From Callorhinchus milii (taxonomy: Eukaryota), in NCBI RefSeq assembly GCF_018977255.1, contig NW_024704742.1, positions 48,548,001 to 48,612,000 of the forward strand: a DNA stretch of 64,000 bases, read 5' to 3'. This document shows, piece by piece, positions 12,830-25,945 of this stretch; position 1 is the first letter of the stretch, and every line of letters begins with the position of its first letter. The position numbers and the translations under genes are program-made. The notes beneath the pieces are model-generated. The model had not been told where the DNA came from and did not search any database. It worked only from the letters and a program-made list of their open reading frames with translations.

Positions 12830-13480
12830 GGAACCAGTCAGGAACCTAGGTGTCTTGTTTGACCCTGAACTGTCCTTTCTCCCCACATCTGCGCCATGAC
12901 CGGCACTGCCTATCATCACCTCCGCAACATTGCCAGATTCCGCCACTGCCTCACCCCTCAGGCTGCCGAAACCCTCACCCACGCATTTGTCACATCAAGG
13001 TTCAATTATGGAAACTCCCTCCTCATTGCCCTTCCCAATTCTTCCCTTCACAAGCTGTAGATCATCCAAAATTCTGTAGCTTGTGTACTCTCGCGAACCA
13101 GGCTCCGTGACCCCATCACTCCCACCCTCGCTCAACTCCACTGGCTCCCCATCCCTCAGAGGATCGAATTCAAGTTCCTCGTCCTCACTTTCATGGCCAT
13201 CAATCGGTGGCCGGGCTTTCAGCCTCTCTGCCACCACACTCTGGAACTCCAACCCACGGTCCCTTCACCTCGCTTCCTCCCTTGCCTCCTTCAAGGCTGG
13301 TCTCAAGAACCTCCTCTTCGATCGTGCCTTTGATCGCCCTCCCACCTCTCTGCTTTCCCTCACCCCTACACCATCCCTCCCCCATGCTCAGGTCCCGACA
13401 CCTGACTGTTCAGTACTTTGGGACGTCCTCCCGATGTGAAAGGTGCTCTATTAATGTAATTTTGTTGTTATTGTTGTTGG
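12830..13480 (+). mobile_element. L2 3' fragment with internal deletion and (TTG)n tail
   Basis: VRNLGVLFDPEL-like and SIGGRAFSLSATTLWNS..SFKAGLK peptides; tail gggacgtcctcccgatgtgaaagg..ttgttg. Confidence 0.85.
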
Positions 13481-13604
13481 AATATATCTACCAACACTCT
13501 TTCTATGGTGTCTTATTGCAGAGTCCAGCCCCATTCTTATTTAATACTGCAGTGTGACTTTCAGGGGCCAATGTGCCAATAGGTTGAAAGCAGAGTCAGA
13601 TGGG

Positions 13605-14110
13605 ATACATGTTTATTCTTCTTTATCACTTCAGATAGTCTCAAAAGTGTTTACATTGATTCCCCCAAGTATAGTGACCAGCGGCAGACTGGCTATAAGG
13701 GAAATCACCTTTTTTACATCAAAATCTCAAGCCCTTTCGGGAAGCCAGCCTGCCACTGATAGTGACTATTTTTATAGTGAAACGCGGTTGCCATTTGTGT
13801 GCAGGAAGGTCCCACGAACAGCCATAAGGTGAATGAGTTATTTTATTTAGAGGATTCATAGCCAGAATGCCTGGAAAACGCCCATGTCTTTTTGAATATT
13901 ACCATGGAATATTTAATATCCATCTGGTGAACATCCATCCAAAATAAATAAACCATCCATTGGTTTAATGTCTCATCTGAAGGACTGTCCCTATTACAAA
14001 GCAGTGCACCTGCATTGAAGTGTTAGCCTATACTGTAAGCTCAAGTCCAGATATGAGACTGGAACCCACAATTGCCTCAGAAGTAAGAGTGCACCTGATC
14101 TAAATTGTTG
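13605..14110 (-). mobile_element. Old Deu-domain SINE
   Basis: Degenerate Deu core (ggtttaatgtctcatctgaaggac, gaatattaccatggaatatttaa) and tRNA head (ggaacccacaa). Confidence 0.65.
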
Positions 14111-14604
14111 AATTCAACCTCAACTTTGAAGGCAGTTTTCTGTTGATCCTAAAAGAAAACACAACTTCAAAATTAGGACTGTATTTAAGAATTTGTAAAA
14201 GTCTGCGAGTTCTAAAACACCAAATAAATAAAGTAAATCTCGACCTGGGAGGAATTTGTTCTCAGAAACAGTATTTTTGAAATAAATGTTGGTGCTGTCA
14301 GCAACACCATATTATGAAATAAATATAACAACTACATATTTTTAAACCAGATCAGTTGCATTCACCAATTTTATACTTCCTTGGTTACAACCACGAATAG
14401 ATTCATCTTTTGGGGATTGGGGATGTCTTATGATCTAGAGCTAACAGGTATAAATTTCAATAGCTTTTGTTTCCAGATAGTTGTCCAGCTTCTTTTAAAA
14501 GTAGATAATCAATAAAGCATTTACTTTTCATGCAGTTTATTTGATACATCTATCACTCCATGAGACAGGAAAAAGCTGTTTGTAAGGATGGCCAATTTTG
14601 TTGT

Positions 14605-14700
14605 CTGCTTAGCTCTGTCGGTAGCAATCTCACCTCTGGGTCAGGAGGTTGTGGGTTCAAGACCCACATCAGGATTTGTGCTCATAGTCTGTCTGACTCT
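14605..14700 (+). mobile_element. Deu-SINE tRNA head fragment
   Basis: gcttagctctgtcggtagc..ggttgtgggttcaagacccac with A/B-box-like motifs. Confidence 0.6.
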
Positions 14701-14839
14701 TCAAGGCAGTCTTGCGGGAAAGCTTCTCCCAGCTCTGACCTACATGGGTTCTCACTGGAACTCTGTTCTCTGGCATTGATAAGCCAAAGGCTAAACCACC
14801 ACCCACACGCCTCACGTTAAAGAATGCAAAGTAGATTTA

Positions 14840-15148
14840 AAGGAGAGTGGTGATCCAATTTGTGCACAGCAATACCCCACAACCAGGCCAAAAGATGAAT
14901 CCCTAATTTGTCTTTGAGGATTGTTGGCCAGGACACCAGGAGAAACTCCTCTTTTCCGATAAAGTCAGGCAGAATGGACCTCAGTTTAACAACTCTTCGG
15001 AAAATCAGCACCTTCAACAATGCAATGCTCTCCCAACACTGTACTGGAGTGTCAAACTAGATTATGAGCTCAGAATTCCCAACGTGACTCCTGAAATCTT
15101 GACCACTGATCCAGGGGCAAGAGTTCTACCAATTGAGGCCAGGCTAAC
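14840..15148 (-). mobile_element. Deu-domain SINE
   Basis: gttggccaggacaccaggagaaactcc core and head ending gagttctaccaattgaggccaggc. Confidence 0.7.
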
Positions 15149-15339
15149 AAGCTTATTACAGTAAGTGTTAATTAAAAATAAGTCATAGGGGTAAAATTTA
15201 TTTTTGGGGGTCAGCCGGGTAACTGACACATGGATAAAACCTTCACTGTGCATAAGAGAATCCAAACCAAACAGATTTCCATGCATCCTACCTACACATG
15301 GAAATTACAGAGATTTTTTTGGAATGGAATGTGCATCTG

Positions 15340-15535
15340 AATATTTTAGTAGAGTGGAGAAGGAAAAGGATTTGGGTGTGATTGATTGCTCACTGAAGGT
15401 TGCCAGTCAATGTGAAGCTTTTATCCACAAAGGTAATTAGATCCGAAGTCAAATACAAAGGACATTTGATTGTACATCTAAACAAGTTGTTGTAACCTTG
15501 TATGGATCAGTAGTGAGGCTACATTTGGAATACCA
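15340..15535 (+). pseudogene. CR1 reverse transcriptase fragment
   Basis: Translates to EKEKDLGVIDCSLKVASQC...TLYGSVVRLHLEY, the CR1 RT C-terminal motifs, with a stop. Confidence 0.75.
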
Positions 15536-15808
15536 TTCTTCGGATGAGCTGTTAAACCAAAGTCCCGTATGCCTGTCAGCTGGACATTAACAATCCCCTG
15601 ACACTATTCAAAAAGAGTTTCTTAGTGATGTGGGGAACAATCCTTCATATCAATTACTCATTCACCTTATGGCTATTTGTGAGCCTTTACTGTGCACATG
15701 GGTGACTGCCATGTTTGTCTACAAGTGCCTAGACACTCCAATTTTCATCAATTACCCGTGATGCACTTTATCATTATTCTCTTGATATCAAATGCAAAGA
15801 TTATTACT
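15535..15808 (+). mobile_element. Deu-domain SINE, 5'-truncated
   Basis: ttcggatgagctgttaaacc..ggacattaacaatccc..acactattcaaaa; tail atcaaatgcaaagattatta. Confidence 0.65.
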
Positions 15809-16093
15809 ATTGGAACAAAAATTCAGGAATCACAATCTTTTTAAAACTGCAGAAAACTGGCTTCCAAAAGATCTTCAACAGTCCTAATGCCTGCGTCAAC
15901 ACATTGCAGCAATCAGAGGTTAAGAATGTTCCAAACTTTTGCACAATCTTAAATTTTAAGGAATCAAAGCTTTTAAGACTAAGATTATGAAGATTTTCTC
16001 GACTCTTAGATTTTTCAATAGAAGGGTAGTCTATTATACTCAATACCCACAACAGTTATTTCAGTGCAGTATTTCTCCAACACCAAGCAAGGT

Positions 16094-16207
16094 TTTCACG
16101 TCCTCCTGACGTGAAAGGCGCTTTATAAATGGAATCTTGTTGTTGTTGTTGTTGTTGTTGTTGTTGGGAATTCTGAGCTCATAATCTAGTTTGTTGTTGT
16201 TGTTGTT
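16094..16207 (+). mobile_element. Extremely 5'-truncated young L2 insertion with a templated insert in its tail
   Basis: acgtcctcctgacgtgaaaggcgctttataaatggaatc(ttg)n is identical to the L2 end at 29435-29493; a 31-nt foreign segment sits inside the (TTG)n. Confidence 0.85.
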
Positions 16208-16789
16208 TTTAATATAACATTTTAGAAAATGGATTGTTTCAACTTATTAAAGGGTTAATAGGAAAACTAGAAAAGTCTCTTGTGCTATAGACTGGAATGT
16301 GTTTTTTTACAATAGCCTGGATGCCTGCAGTAACACACAGCAGCTGCAGCTGTCAGCTTCACAGGAAACAATGCTTCCCCAATCTCTTCTTCACATCCAG
16401 CAACCCTCTGATATAGTGAGCACTGTGACACGCTGACATTTGGACTGTCACCTAGCTGTGCTTCCCTCACCAAATATTTAATGGTCTTTAACATATGAAT
16501 GTGAATCAGATCACAAAAGCAGGACGTGGTCCTTTTCAAATGCCAGGTGCAATTGAGCAGCCGTTCCATCAATGCAATGGAATATGCCCAGGGCATAGAC
16601 ACCACTGAACTGCAAAGAACAGGATAGCTGCAACTTGGTACAACAGCAAGTATTTGGTACAAAATAAATCATGATTTCTTCATCAGTTTAATAATGTGTT
16701 GACTTTAAGCATATTTTAAATCTACAAATAGATGTTTAATGATATATTTTACTTTAGTTTACCATCCTCTTTTAGACCATATATAATTA

Positions 16790-17100
16790 GTTACATTTTG
16801 TTTTGGTGGGCCAACATAGGCAGAAACCCATCGCCGTACTTAAGAACCATAGAATCATACATGAATATTGCAGCACTGCAGAGAGTTCAGTGTAGATTTG
16901 CAAGGATGTTACCAGAGATGAATGGATACAGGTATCAAGAAAGATTGGACAGGTTGGCGCTTTTCTCCCTGGAGATGAAAAGAGGGAGAGAAATGTTTAA
17001 GATTATGAAAGGGTTCATTAAGATGGATGTTAATAGGCTGTTTCCACTTATTGCTGAATCCAAAACAAGGGGCGTAAATATAAGATAACAAGTATAATTG
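16790..17100 (+). pseudogene. CR1 ORF2 C-terminal fragment
   Basis: ALQRVQCRFARMLPEMNGYRYQERLDRLALFSLE..MFKIMKGF..LFPLIAESKTRG, typical of CR1. Confidence 0.8.
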
Positions 17101-17129
17101 TAGGCACAATGCTAGAGGAGTGCCAGGAG

Positions 17130-17560
17130 GATTTTAATGAGGATAAATGCAAGGCTATGTATATTTGAATATGAAACAGTGAATATGTAGAAATCAAGGT
17201 CTTGGAGGAGGAAAGGGCGAAAAAAAATGATTAGGGTCTGATTATTGATCAGGCACAGACTATTCCAGTCAATGTGAACTGCAGTCGACAAAGCTAATGA
17301 TATGCTTGTTTACACCTCAAGGGCATTTGCTTATAAGTTGAAAGATGTTATTTTAGCTTTGCATAGATCACTGGTGAGGCAGTTTTGTGGGCTGTACCTT
17401 CAAAAAGACATTGAAGCATTGGAAAGGATTCAGAGAAAAATGAGGATGATTCTAGGCCTTTTAAGCTTTTTATCATGAAAAGAAGCTAACCTGTTTTGAT
17501 TAAAAAAAATTGAGGAAATGTGATCCAGAAACAATGATTATTTAGACATACGAACGTTAG
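17130..17560 (+). pseudogene. Decayed CR1 ORF2 fragment
   Basis: DKCKAM-like, LHRSLVR-like and KDIEALERIQR-like motifs with frameshifts. Confidence 0.65.
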
Positions 17561-17964
17561 TGGAGGGGTCATAAAGACCCCTTAAAATGACTACAAAGAT
17601 TAACACTAATGTCAACATCCTCTTTGTTTTGGTATTCTGTTTAGTTAATTCTTTTCAGACTATTTTTATTTTAAGCAGATGACATTTCAGACATCATGAC
17701 ACTTGCACTGGAACTAATGCTGCGTTTTGATCACAGTATGACAAAAGGCACTGACACAAGGTGTCACTCTCAGAATCACTGCAGATTTACATTCAAAATG
17801 GTGGTTCCTTTCCAGCTCTCTGTCCTATGCACACACAGACCCAGTGATATCATTACATTTGTGGCCAGGACACATGAAGAATATGCTAATTCCTGCAATG
17901 AATCAAACTATAACTGTAACTAACAGCAGTGGAGGCTGTACATTGTAATAATATTCCTTAACTT

Positions 17965-18098
17965 TGGTACAGTGCCTTCCTCCCACAAATATACAGTCAA
18001 TTCACTTTGCAGTCTATTCTGTGAAGCGCTTTGAGACTTGTAGAAGACGTGAAAAGCGCTATATCAAATGCAAGGATTATTATTATTTTATTATTATA
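17965..18098 (+). mobile_element. SINE 3' tail fragment
   Basis: acagtcaattcacttt..gtgaagcgctttgagac..aaatgcaaggattattatt. Confidence 0.8.
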
Positions 18099-18109
18099 AG
18101 GTCTGCCTA

Positions 18110-18282
18110 AATTCTCAGTCAGGGGCCTTTTACATCTCATCTGAAAGGTGGAACCTCTAACAATGCAGTACATTCATAGCTTGGCACTGGAGTATCAGAC
18201 GAGACCAAAGTACTGTGTGGGGCTTGAACCCACAACCTTCTGATTCAGAGGTGACAGTTCTATCGACTGAGCCAAGCTGACA
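18110..18282 (-). mobile_element. Deu-SINE 5' half
   Basis: cttgaacccacaaccttctgattcagagg..actgagccaagctgacac (reverse tRNA head). Confidence 0.65.
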
Positions 18283-20734
18283 CACACTGGTTGTGAAGCA
18301 GCTTTGATCGTGGCCTATTTTCTGCCCATGTCATTTAGCTGCACGGCTGGTCATTACAGGCTTCACCAAGCTTCTGAACGTGTTGTCAATTGTCAGCCAG
18401 CAGCAGTAAATAGACACAAGAGGGCTACTGTCACAGACACACACACGCAGCCTCAGCCCATCAAAGCAAAAAGGTAGTCAATACTGCATAATTCCTGGAT
18501 TTAGGATGTTATCATTTGATCTTCTAATGATTCATAGCACATAGAGGCTTGGTGTGAAGTGGAGGGATTATGACAGGAAATACCAGCAAGCTGAAAGCTG
18601 AATGTGTGATGCCAACTAGCGGTGCAAGGGACAGGCAAAGTGCACCAGGCCTGAGTATACAGAGAGGAGGAAGAGTGGAGCTGGAGGAGATCACAGAGCA
18701 TTCACTGTTCAAAGTGTTATTAAATATCAAGCAAAATGATCAAAAGCAGATAAAAGCTGGCTCCCACATTTTTGAATCTGTGATTATTAATAGGGCTCCT
18801 TATGAGAAGACTTTACCCGTTGCCTCTAAACAAAATGCTTCTTTGAATCATCTCAGTATAGTTTCTTGCTTTGATTAAGGAGGAACACTGAATTGGAGCA
18901 AACGATGCAGAAATGTTGGAAAGCAGATGAAAAGGGCTTTGTTACAATTCTCCCACACTTCATGTTCTAGTTCTTACTGTATTATAGCAGACACTAGGAC
19001 CCCAGACGGGAAGGCTAGAGAGATGAAGCCTGATTTCCCTTCTTCAGGAGGTGCTGATGCCCCACTTTCTTTCTTGGTGCTGGGGCTGGGCTGAGAAGGG
19101 TTAGCCTCAGGTTAGTTAATGGTTAGAGTTGTGAGGGGTGTGGGGGGAGGGGGATTGCAAGTGCGCAGGTCTGCAAGAGCCCTGGAATAAGCTTGTGTGA
19201 TAGTGAGAGACTCCGTGTGTCTGCATATCTGACTGTCTTCAGTACTAAGTGTTCTGAGACACACTACCCTGCGTGAAGGGCACTATATAAATTGAAGTTG
19301 TTGTCAGCCTAACAATCCTCACAAATTCATAATACATGTCAAAAGCATATTTTAACCTAGAGAGTATTGTGACATACTTTTATTACCTGGATTTTATTAG
19401 CAAAGGTGTTGTTAAACTTAATATAAAATGGCTTTCACAATTTTAAAAGATTGTTTATATAGATTTATATAGATTGTACAGCACAGAAATGAGCCATTTG
19501 GCCCAACTAGTCTACACCAGTGTTTACACTCCAATGTCCATCCATTACTTATTCCCTCTCTTACCCTTCTATTCTGTGAGAGATTACACAGGATATAATG
19601 ATAAATATTCCTGGGAATCATGACAAGCCAATAACCTTAATCAAAATGGGTTCAGGCAATCCCAAGCTAATAAAACAAAAGTCACATACTGCTTCTAATT
19701 AAATTAAAATATATTTAATTTGCCAGCTGTGTGACAATCCTCACCTTGATGAAAGCAGACATAAAAAAATTTAAATTAAAAAAACACCAAATACTTTTTA
19801 CAAGCACAGGATGGTTACAACCAAATGTTAAGAGACATTGGATGGCAATTTGTTTTAGCTTCACTTGCAATTTGTGACACTGTCCTGTCTGTTTTGTTCT
19901 AACCTTGTAACACACTTTAAACTCCCAAACAAAAGTGAATTAAACTGCACTTTAGATGCAGCAACGCTTCCTGGAATGAAGGGAGCCTCTTCCGCAAGGG
20001 AAATATAGTACAGATGCAGAAAAGCGCAGGGGACATATCTGTCCACTGGGAGCTGCCCTGACAGATCCACAGAGGTGCCCATCTATAGCTTCACCTCCAT
20101 CTCTAGTTCAGCAGGGACATAAAACAGAACAAAAAACATCGAACATAAGCAAAATTGTGAAGACAGTGAAATCAATAGCACGCAGTTCGCCAGGGCATCA
20201 AGCCCAGCCCCTACGATCAATGGTTGCGATCAATTGGAAGGTACACTGCAGATCAGCATCCCTCCACTTCGTGATTACATTGTCACAAAGATCAAGCTGC
20301 AGGATCATGAAACACATTACTAAACATCAGAGGGTTAGGAGCATTAAAAGTGCACAGCACTCATACTGGTGCCCTAGCACCATCAGGTAGAAACAAATAG
20401 GATGTTTAAATCATTTAAAGTAAACCACATCAATAAAATTCATTTACGGTTAATTCCTCTAGAAATAGCAAGCAATTTAATTTCAGACAATCATTTCTTA
20501 ATTTCCTTCTCTCACCATATTAAGATTGTTTTCTTCCCTTCTTTAAGGTCCCCCAGGGCTAGCACCATTCCTCAGCCAACAACATCCTGTGAAATAACTC
20601 CAGATCTTTTGCAACCCTGAACTATCGGTGGCCACTGTAGGTCTATTGAATCGACAATTTTCAATTGCCTCTGTGGTCTCTCACAGTCAAAGCCTCTCAC
20701 CTCAGTGACACACTGAAAGCAGGATTGCACTAAC

Positions 20735-21110
20735 ACGGTGCTATCCTCTTCAGAATGAATAGATAAGCAAGGACTCTTCAACCTTGAAAGAGAAGTCACT
20801 CCAGCCTAGAAAGAAAGACATCTCAGAGGAACCTTCCAAAGGTATACCTGATGATTAATAGGATGGAGAAAGTCTTGATGAATACTTTGAGATACCGCAT
20901 GGCAGCACAACAAGAGGGCACAGGTTCAAGGTTGTTAAGGTCAGGGTTAGGAGAAACACTGGGATATATTTCTTTCACAGATCTTAAACAACATTTATAA
21001 CATGTTACAAGGAAGTTAGGTCACTGCATTCATTTAAGAAGCTTGATGCTGTAATGGAAAAAAAGGCCAAAGAGCTTCACTTGTAATAAGGGGATTTTTT
21101 CATCCAAACT
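20735..21110 (+). mobile_element. Decayed CR1 3' fragment
   Basis: LSSSE*IDKQGLFNLER, SLERKT-like and TRGHRFKVVK remnants. Confidence 0.6.
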
Positions 21111-21379
21111 TCTCCTGATCCTCTGATAACATCTAGGTTTACACTGAGATCTAATTTGTGAAATTTAACAAATTTCTTGACACAAAATGCTAAATTATCA
21201 AATTTCTTCAACATCGAATGAAGATGAAGATTCCACAATTTCGAACCCCAACACACGCCAAGTCCTTGTAAAGGTCATTTGAAACAAAATGCAAACTTGT
21301 GAGTGATCTGCCCAAGATTAGCATCTAAACATTTTTTGACCTAAAGCTAATTGCTCCTCAGATTCAACCTACAACCTAT

Positions 21380-21473
21380 TGTCAATTCACTTTATAGTCT
21401 ATTCTGTGAAGCGCTTTGAGACGTCGAGAAGACGCGAAAAGCGGTATATCAAATGCAAGGATTATTATTATTA
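21380..21473 (+). mobile_element. SINE 3' tail fragment
   Basis: gtcaattcactt..gagacgtcgagaagacgcgaaaagc..ggattattatta. Confidence 0.8.
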
Positions 21474-23195
21474 ATTAACTTTGTTGACAGCAGGTTCACA
21501 CTCAATGGAAACCTTCAGTGTGTGATCATTAATCATACCTTCAATCTTTTCCCTCTCAACCTCTGCTATTAAAAACATATTTTACACATTTACTCTGGGG
21601 TCAATTTAGTGATACATTCAAGATTCATCACCATGAATGTCCCTTGATGTATCAGGAGTAATTCACCCCAAACCACCACCAGCACCCACTCAGGACCACT
21701 CTCAACACTGGGTTCACACCTTCTGGCTGGTGTGATCAGGGCATTTGACTGCTCAAAGAAGCCCCACAAAGTGGTATCCCACAAAGTGGCACAAAGGAAT
21801 GCCTCAATCCGTCAGCCACAAGCCCTGTAAAGAAACCTATTTAGAATTATTTGCGAAAGGCCTGAGTTGGCCCGATACTGTTGTCTTCTGAAAAGCATCT
21901 TGATGCTGTAATTGGAATATGGTAAGGTTGGGATTCTGTAAGAATGAGATCAAAGTATCCTTCTCATACAAACTTCTCCTGTAACATTTTTAGGAGTAAC
22001 TTCCATCATTGGTTCTTGAATATATACATGCAGCTACATATCTTTATTGCAACTAAAAATCGTAGATCTCTTCCACAACAATCTATTCATAATAATAGTA
22101 AGAAATTAAGCCTTGCATTTGGTATAGTGTCTTATCTCGTTATCAAGATATCTCAAAGGTTTTCATGGAATGGTGTGACTGTGCATTTTGTGGGCAAATG
22201 TGGCAGCCAGTTTACACACAGCAGAATCTCACAATTAGGCATGGAGTGATTGACTCATTTATTTGGGGGATTGTTTTTGGACCAGGAGAAACTCTTGTGC
22301 CTATATCTACCGGAATAGGCACAAGAGACCACCAGCCTACAGATGTACTCAAAGTCATTCCAGATCAGTTCACCTTCCCATAAATTCACTGGATACAAGG
22401 AGATGATGTTGCAACTCATCTCTATACATCGCAGATTCATATCAAATAATAAAATGAGTGTATTCTGAACAAATGGTTCAGGTTTTGTAACGCCGATTTC
22501 TTGCATTACCCACTGAGCACCAGATGCAACAGCCAAAGAGCCAAAATGCAATCTTTGGATAAAAGCTATAAAACTGCAGCTTCCTTGATAAAGATATACT
22601 GCACAAGCAGCTCGTCACCTTTCACCAATTAAACTAATTGAGGCCAATGACACTATAACAGTGCTTGATTATTCCCAATGATAATGTTTTTTAACTTCAT
22701 AGTTCATCAAAGAAGGTATCAATAGATATAATAATGGAGTAACATAGCGAATATCTAACTAAAATTCAGATCAGTTCATACGAGTGAAGCTAGGGAGTTC
22801 ACATTCATCAGTCTTTGTTTTTTAATGTCTTTCAAGAACTCAAGAATCATCAGTGCAACTGATGTTTCAACAACCATAAAATTGTGCTTGAAAGGTATTG
22901 GGTGCCCAATGGATTGTCCTGAATAAGAGCTATCAGGAATCTATGGGGCTGATTTTGTAAAGATTGAAATGTTTCTTTCACAGTAAAGGCTCTACATAAC
23001 TGTAAGTTGTTGTCATCTTAACAAGTATTGTCAGAGAGATGCTGAGCACATCCAGGCATGGTCCAGTGAGTCAGTGCACTGTGTAAATTAGCTGCTGTGT
23101 AAATTGTTCAACAGTACAAAAATTATGGTGAAATTCTCTTTTTTTTATTACTCCAATGCCCCCTCGCTCCACAAGCAGTGCCTTACTAGCATACG

Positions 23196-23565
23196 TGGAA
23201 TCCTGTAGCTCAGTGCTTAGAGAACTCGTCTTGCAAGCGAGAGACTTGGGTTTGATTCCCGGCATGGCGAAATGTTGGGCAAGTTTCCTTACTCCCCACG
23301 CCTCTGTTTACCGAGCAGTAAGTAGGAACTTGGTTGTTAGTCAATTGGTGGATTGCTTTTCCATGGGTAATAATTCCTTCAAAAAAAAATTGGTCACTCA
23401 ATCCAGGACTGTTTGTGGGACACTGCTGACCACTATTGGCTGCTGCGTTTCATCCATAAAATATACAGTCAATTCACTTTACAGTATATTCTGTGAAGTG
23501 CTTTGAGATGTCTTGAAGACTCGATAAGGCACAATATCAAATGCAAGGATTATTATTATTATTAT
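23196..23565 (+). mobile_element. tRNA-derived SINE, full-length long form
   Basis: tggaatcctgtagctcagtg start, A/B boxes, internal ctctgtttacc..gattgcttttcc segment, (TTA)n tail. Confidence 0.9.
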
Positions 23566-24144
23566 ACAGCTCCAGGGTTCATGGGCATCTTCTCATTCCT
23601 GTCCAAGTACGCATTTTTCATGTGACCCAAATGACAGTGAGAGCGGCTAGGTTAATTCAACTGGGGAGTGGGGATGGGATGTCTGATGCTCAAACCGATT
23701 GTCTATGCTGGCAGGGGTCACTGATAGCCCAACACATTTTTTATAACCACAAAAATCTTCAAGAAAAGGTCATCATGTCAAAGGGTATTTGTAATGGTGA
23801 CAAAACAGCTGCCAGGCTGTGAAACTGTTTACAAAGGATGTAGTCATTAGACACGCACTGTTACAGGACACAACAAAGTGACTCAGGAAAACTGCATCTC
23901 ACAGAATCTGTCAATATTCAGTCCGCACACAGGACTTAATATAGCTCTGGACCGTGAAGTCAAAGAGCCAGGCACCACTTTATGGATGAGGTACTGCAAA
24001 AGGCTTGACTCATCACTTGGAATGGTCTCACTGTAGCTTTTTATAAAATAACATTTATTTGGTGACACGTAGGGTAGCAGCTTAGAACACTGAACCAATG
24101 ATTGATTTTAAAAGTAATTAACCAACCAAAGCAGAAAGAAACAG

Positions 24145-24460
24145 AAGATTGGATTTTTATAGCACCTCAACACAACATCTCCAAGCACAACACCAACAAA
24201 ATGACATTTGTATAGCTCTTTCACGTCGGGAAGGCCGTCCCAAGGCACTGGAAGTAATTACTGGTAACAACAACTTGCATTTATATAGCTCCCCTCACGC
24301 AACAACAACAACAACAACAACTTGCGTTTATATAGCACCCTTCAGGCGGGATAGTGCCCTGGGGCGCTTGATAGTGGCTGAGTCGGACTCCGAACCAGGG
24401 GGAGAGGTAAAGGGTAGGTGACCATAAACACGATCATCAAGGAAGGTCTTTATGGTGGTG
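24145..24460 (-). mobile_element. Cluster of 3-4 tandemly stacked L2 3' tails
   Basis: Repeated (caa)n-cttgcatttatatagc motifs at about 24150, 24195, 24267 and 24300, all in the same orientation. Confidence 0.7.
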
Positions 24461-24559
24461 TCAGGGTACTGTCTCGGAGTACTTGAACTCTAGTGACTGT
24501 TAGTGACCAATGAGTCAGCCATTTGCACTAGCAGGATCCTTCACACCACAGGGCGAATA

Positions 24560-24768
24560 ACCATTAACTGGAGAATTGTTAGTGGGGGGATGCTGGGGCA
24601 AATTCCCTTCTATTTTCAAATAGTGTCACTGAACCTTTAACCACCTGAACAGGCCTACGGGACCTCAGTACGGGACAATGCAGTGCTCAAGAATGTTACA
24701 AGATCCCAAATGGATATTGAACCCACAATCTTCTGCCCAGAGTGGGACCAACTGAGCCAAGCTAACAC
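24560..24768 (-). mobile_element. Deu-SINE fragment
   Basis: ttcaaatagtgtcactgaacctttaacc and tgaacccacaatcttctgcc..actgagccaagctaacac. Confidence 0.6.
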
Positions 24769-25037
24769 CTTAAGTTTTGTGCTCCTTATTCTTTCTCGAT
24801 TTTCTCCTTCACTGCCGAAGTTCTCATTTTATCTCCCAATTTGCATACAAATCTTTTGTAAAATACAACTATAAAACAGCATTCTATAAGCTTCAAGGGA
24901 TAACATTTTTTTTGAATGGGATTTTCCTACTTTAAGGACACATTGTGAAATGTTGCTGCAGTTATCAACAAGAGAAATTTCTCACCCTTTTTTATAAATA
25001 GACAAGCAGTATTTCAATAACTCACTGGCAACTGTGT

Positions 25038-25110
25038 AATAATAATAATAATAATCCTTGCATTTGATATAGCGCTTTTTACGTCGGGAGGACGTCCCAA
25101 AGCGCTTCAG
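25038..25110 (-). mobile_element. SINE 3' tail fragment (CTCCC-loop type)
   Basis: (taa)n ccttgcatttgatatagcgctttttacgtcgggaggacgtcccaaagcgcttc. Confidence 0.8.
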
Positions 25111-25619
25111 TGTGAATCACGATGTTCACATTAGCTATGGCTCAGCATGGAGCCCCATTCTCACAAAGGTTGTTGAAGCAGAAGTTCCTCATCATCAGAC
25201 TGAACGCTATAGATTTCCAGAGAGTGAACTAACTTCTGATCTATTCTCTTGACGTAACTTTTCACTAAAAGGAATGAATCGTCATGTAACCAATAAATGT
25301 CCCCAGCCTGTTGTGCCTGTGGATGATTCATTCACAGCTTTGTTGCTAATGATTTATGACACTTTCCACATACTAATTCATTGCACTTAATTTTCAGCAT
25401 TGGAGTCAGTTCTTTCCACTCCCTGTTCCCCTCCACCTGTAAAATTAGCATTTATGAAATGCAACTCTTTAAAGCAGACAGGTGAAGCCAATTCCTGTCC
25501 ACCTGCAACTCCCCAGCCATCGTTGACAAGCCTACACCGTAACTCTTACAAACTAGAGAGGTCAACTGTATTTTTATGTCCCTTATGAAAATAAAATGAA
25601 CAATATTCTCACAATGACA

Positions 25620-25810
25620 TTCAACAACAACTTGTGCTTATATAGTGCCCTCCATGCTGGGTGGCGTCTCAGAGTGCTTAACAATGAGGGAGCCGAAGGC
25701 TGAGCCAGGGGAGGGGGTAGGTAACCATAGGCATGGTCGAAAAGGAAGGTCTTCAGGTGCAACCTGAAGTTGGAGAACTAGGGGGTGAGGCGAAGGGGTT
25801 GAGGGAGACA
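25620..25810 (-). mobile_element. L2 3' end fragment
   Basis: caacaacaacttgtgcttatatagtgcc tail followed by G-rich 3' UTR. Confidence 0.6.
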
Positions 25811-25945
25811 TGCCATGGTCTGATCAATTGCAACCTACTATGCCTCCCTCTAAGCAAATGCTACGCACATGATGATTCTGACATAGCATGTGTAGGCTGT
25901 TTGGTTTATCAAAATAACTTTTTTTTCTCTTCAACAACCGGTAAA

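Noticed and set aside
20701..20805. 105-nt minus-strand exon candidate with good splice sites and an open frame (AGVTSLSRLKSP...)
   Set aside because: It overlaps an antisense CR1 remnant (IDKQGLFNLER on the plus strand) and the acceptor comes from the repeat; exonisation is possible but unsupported.
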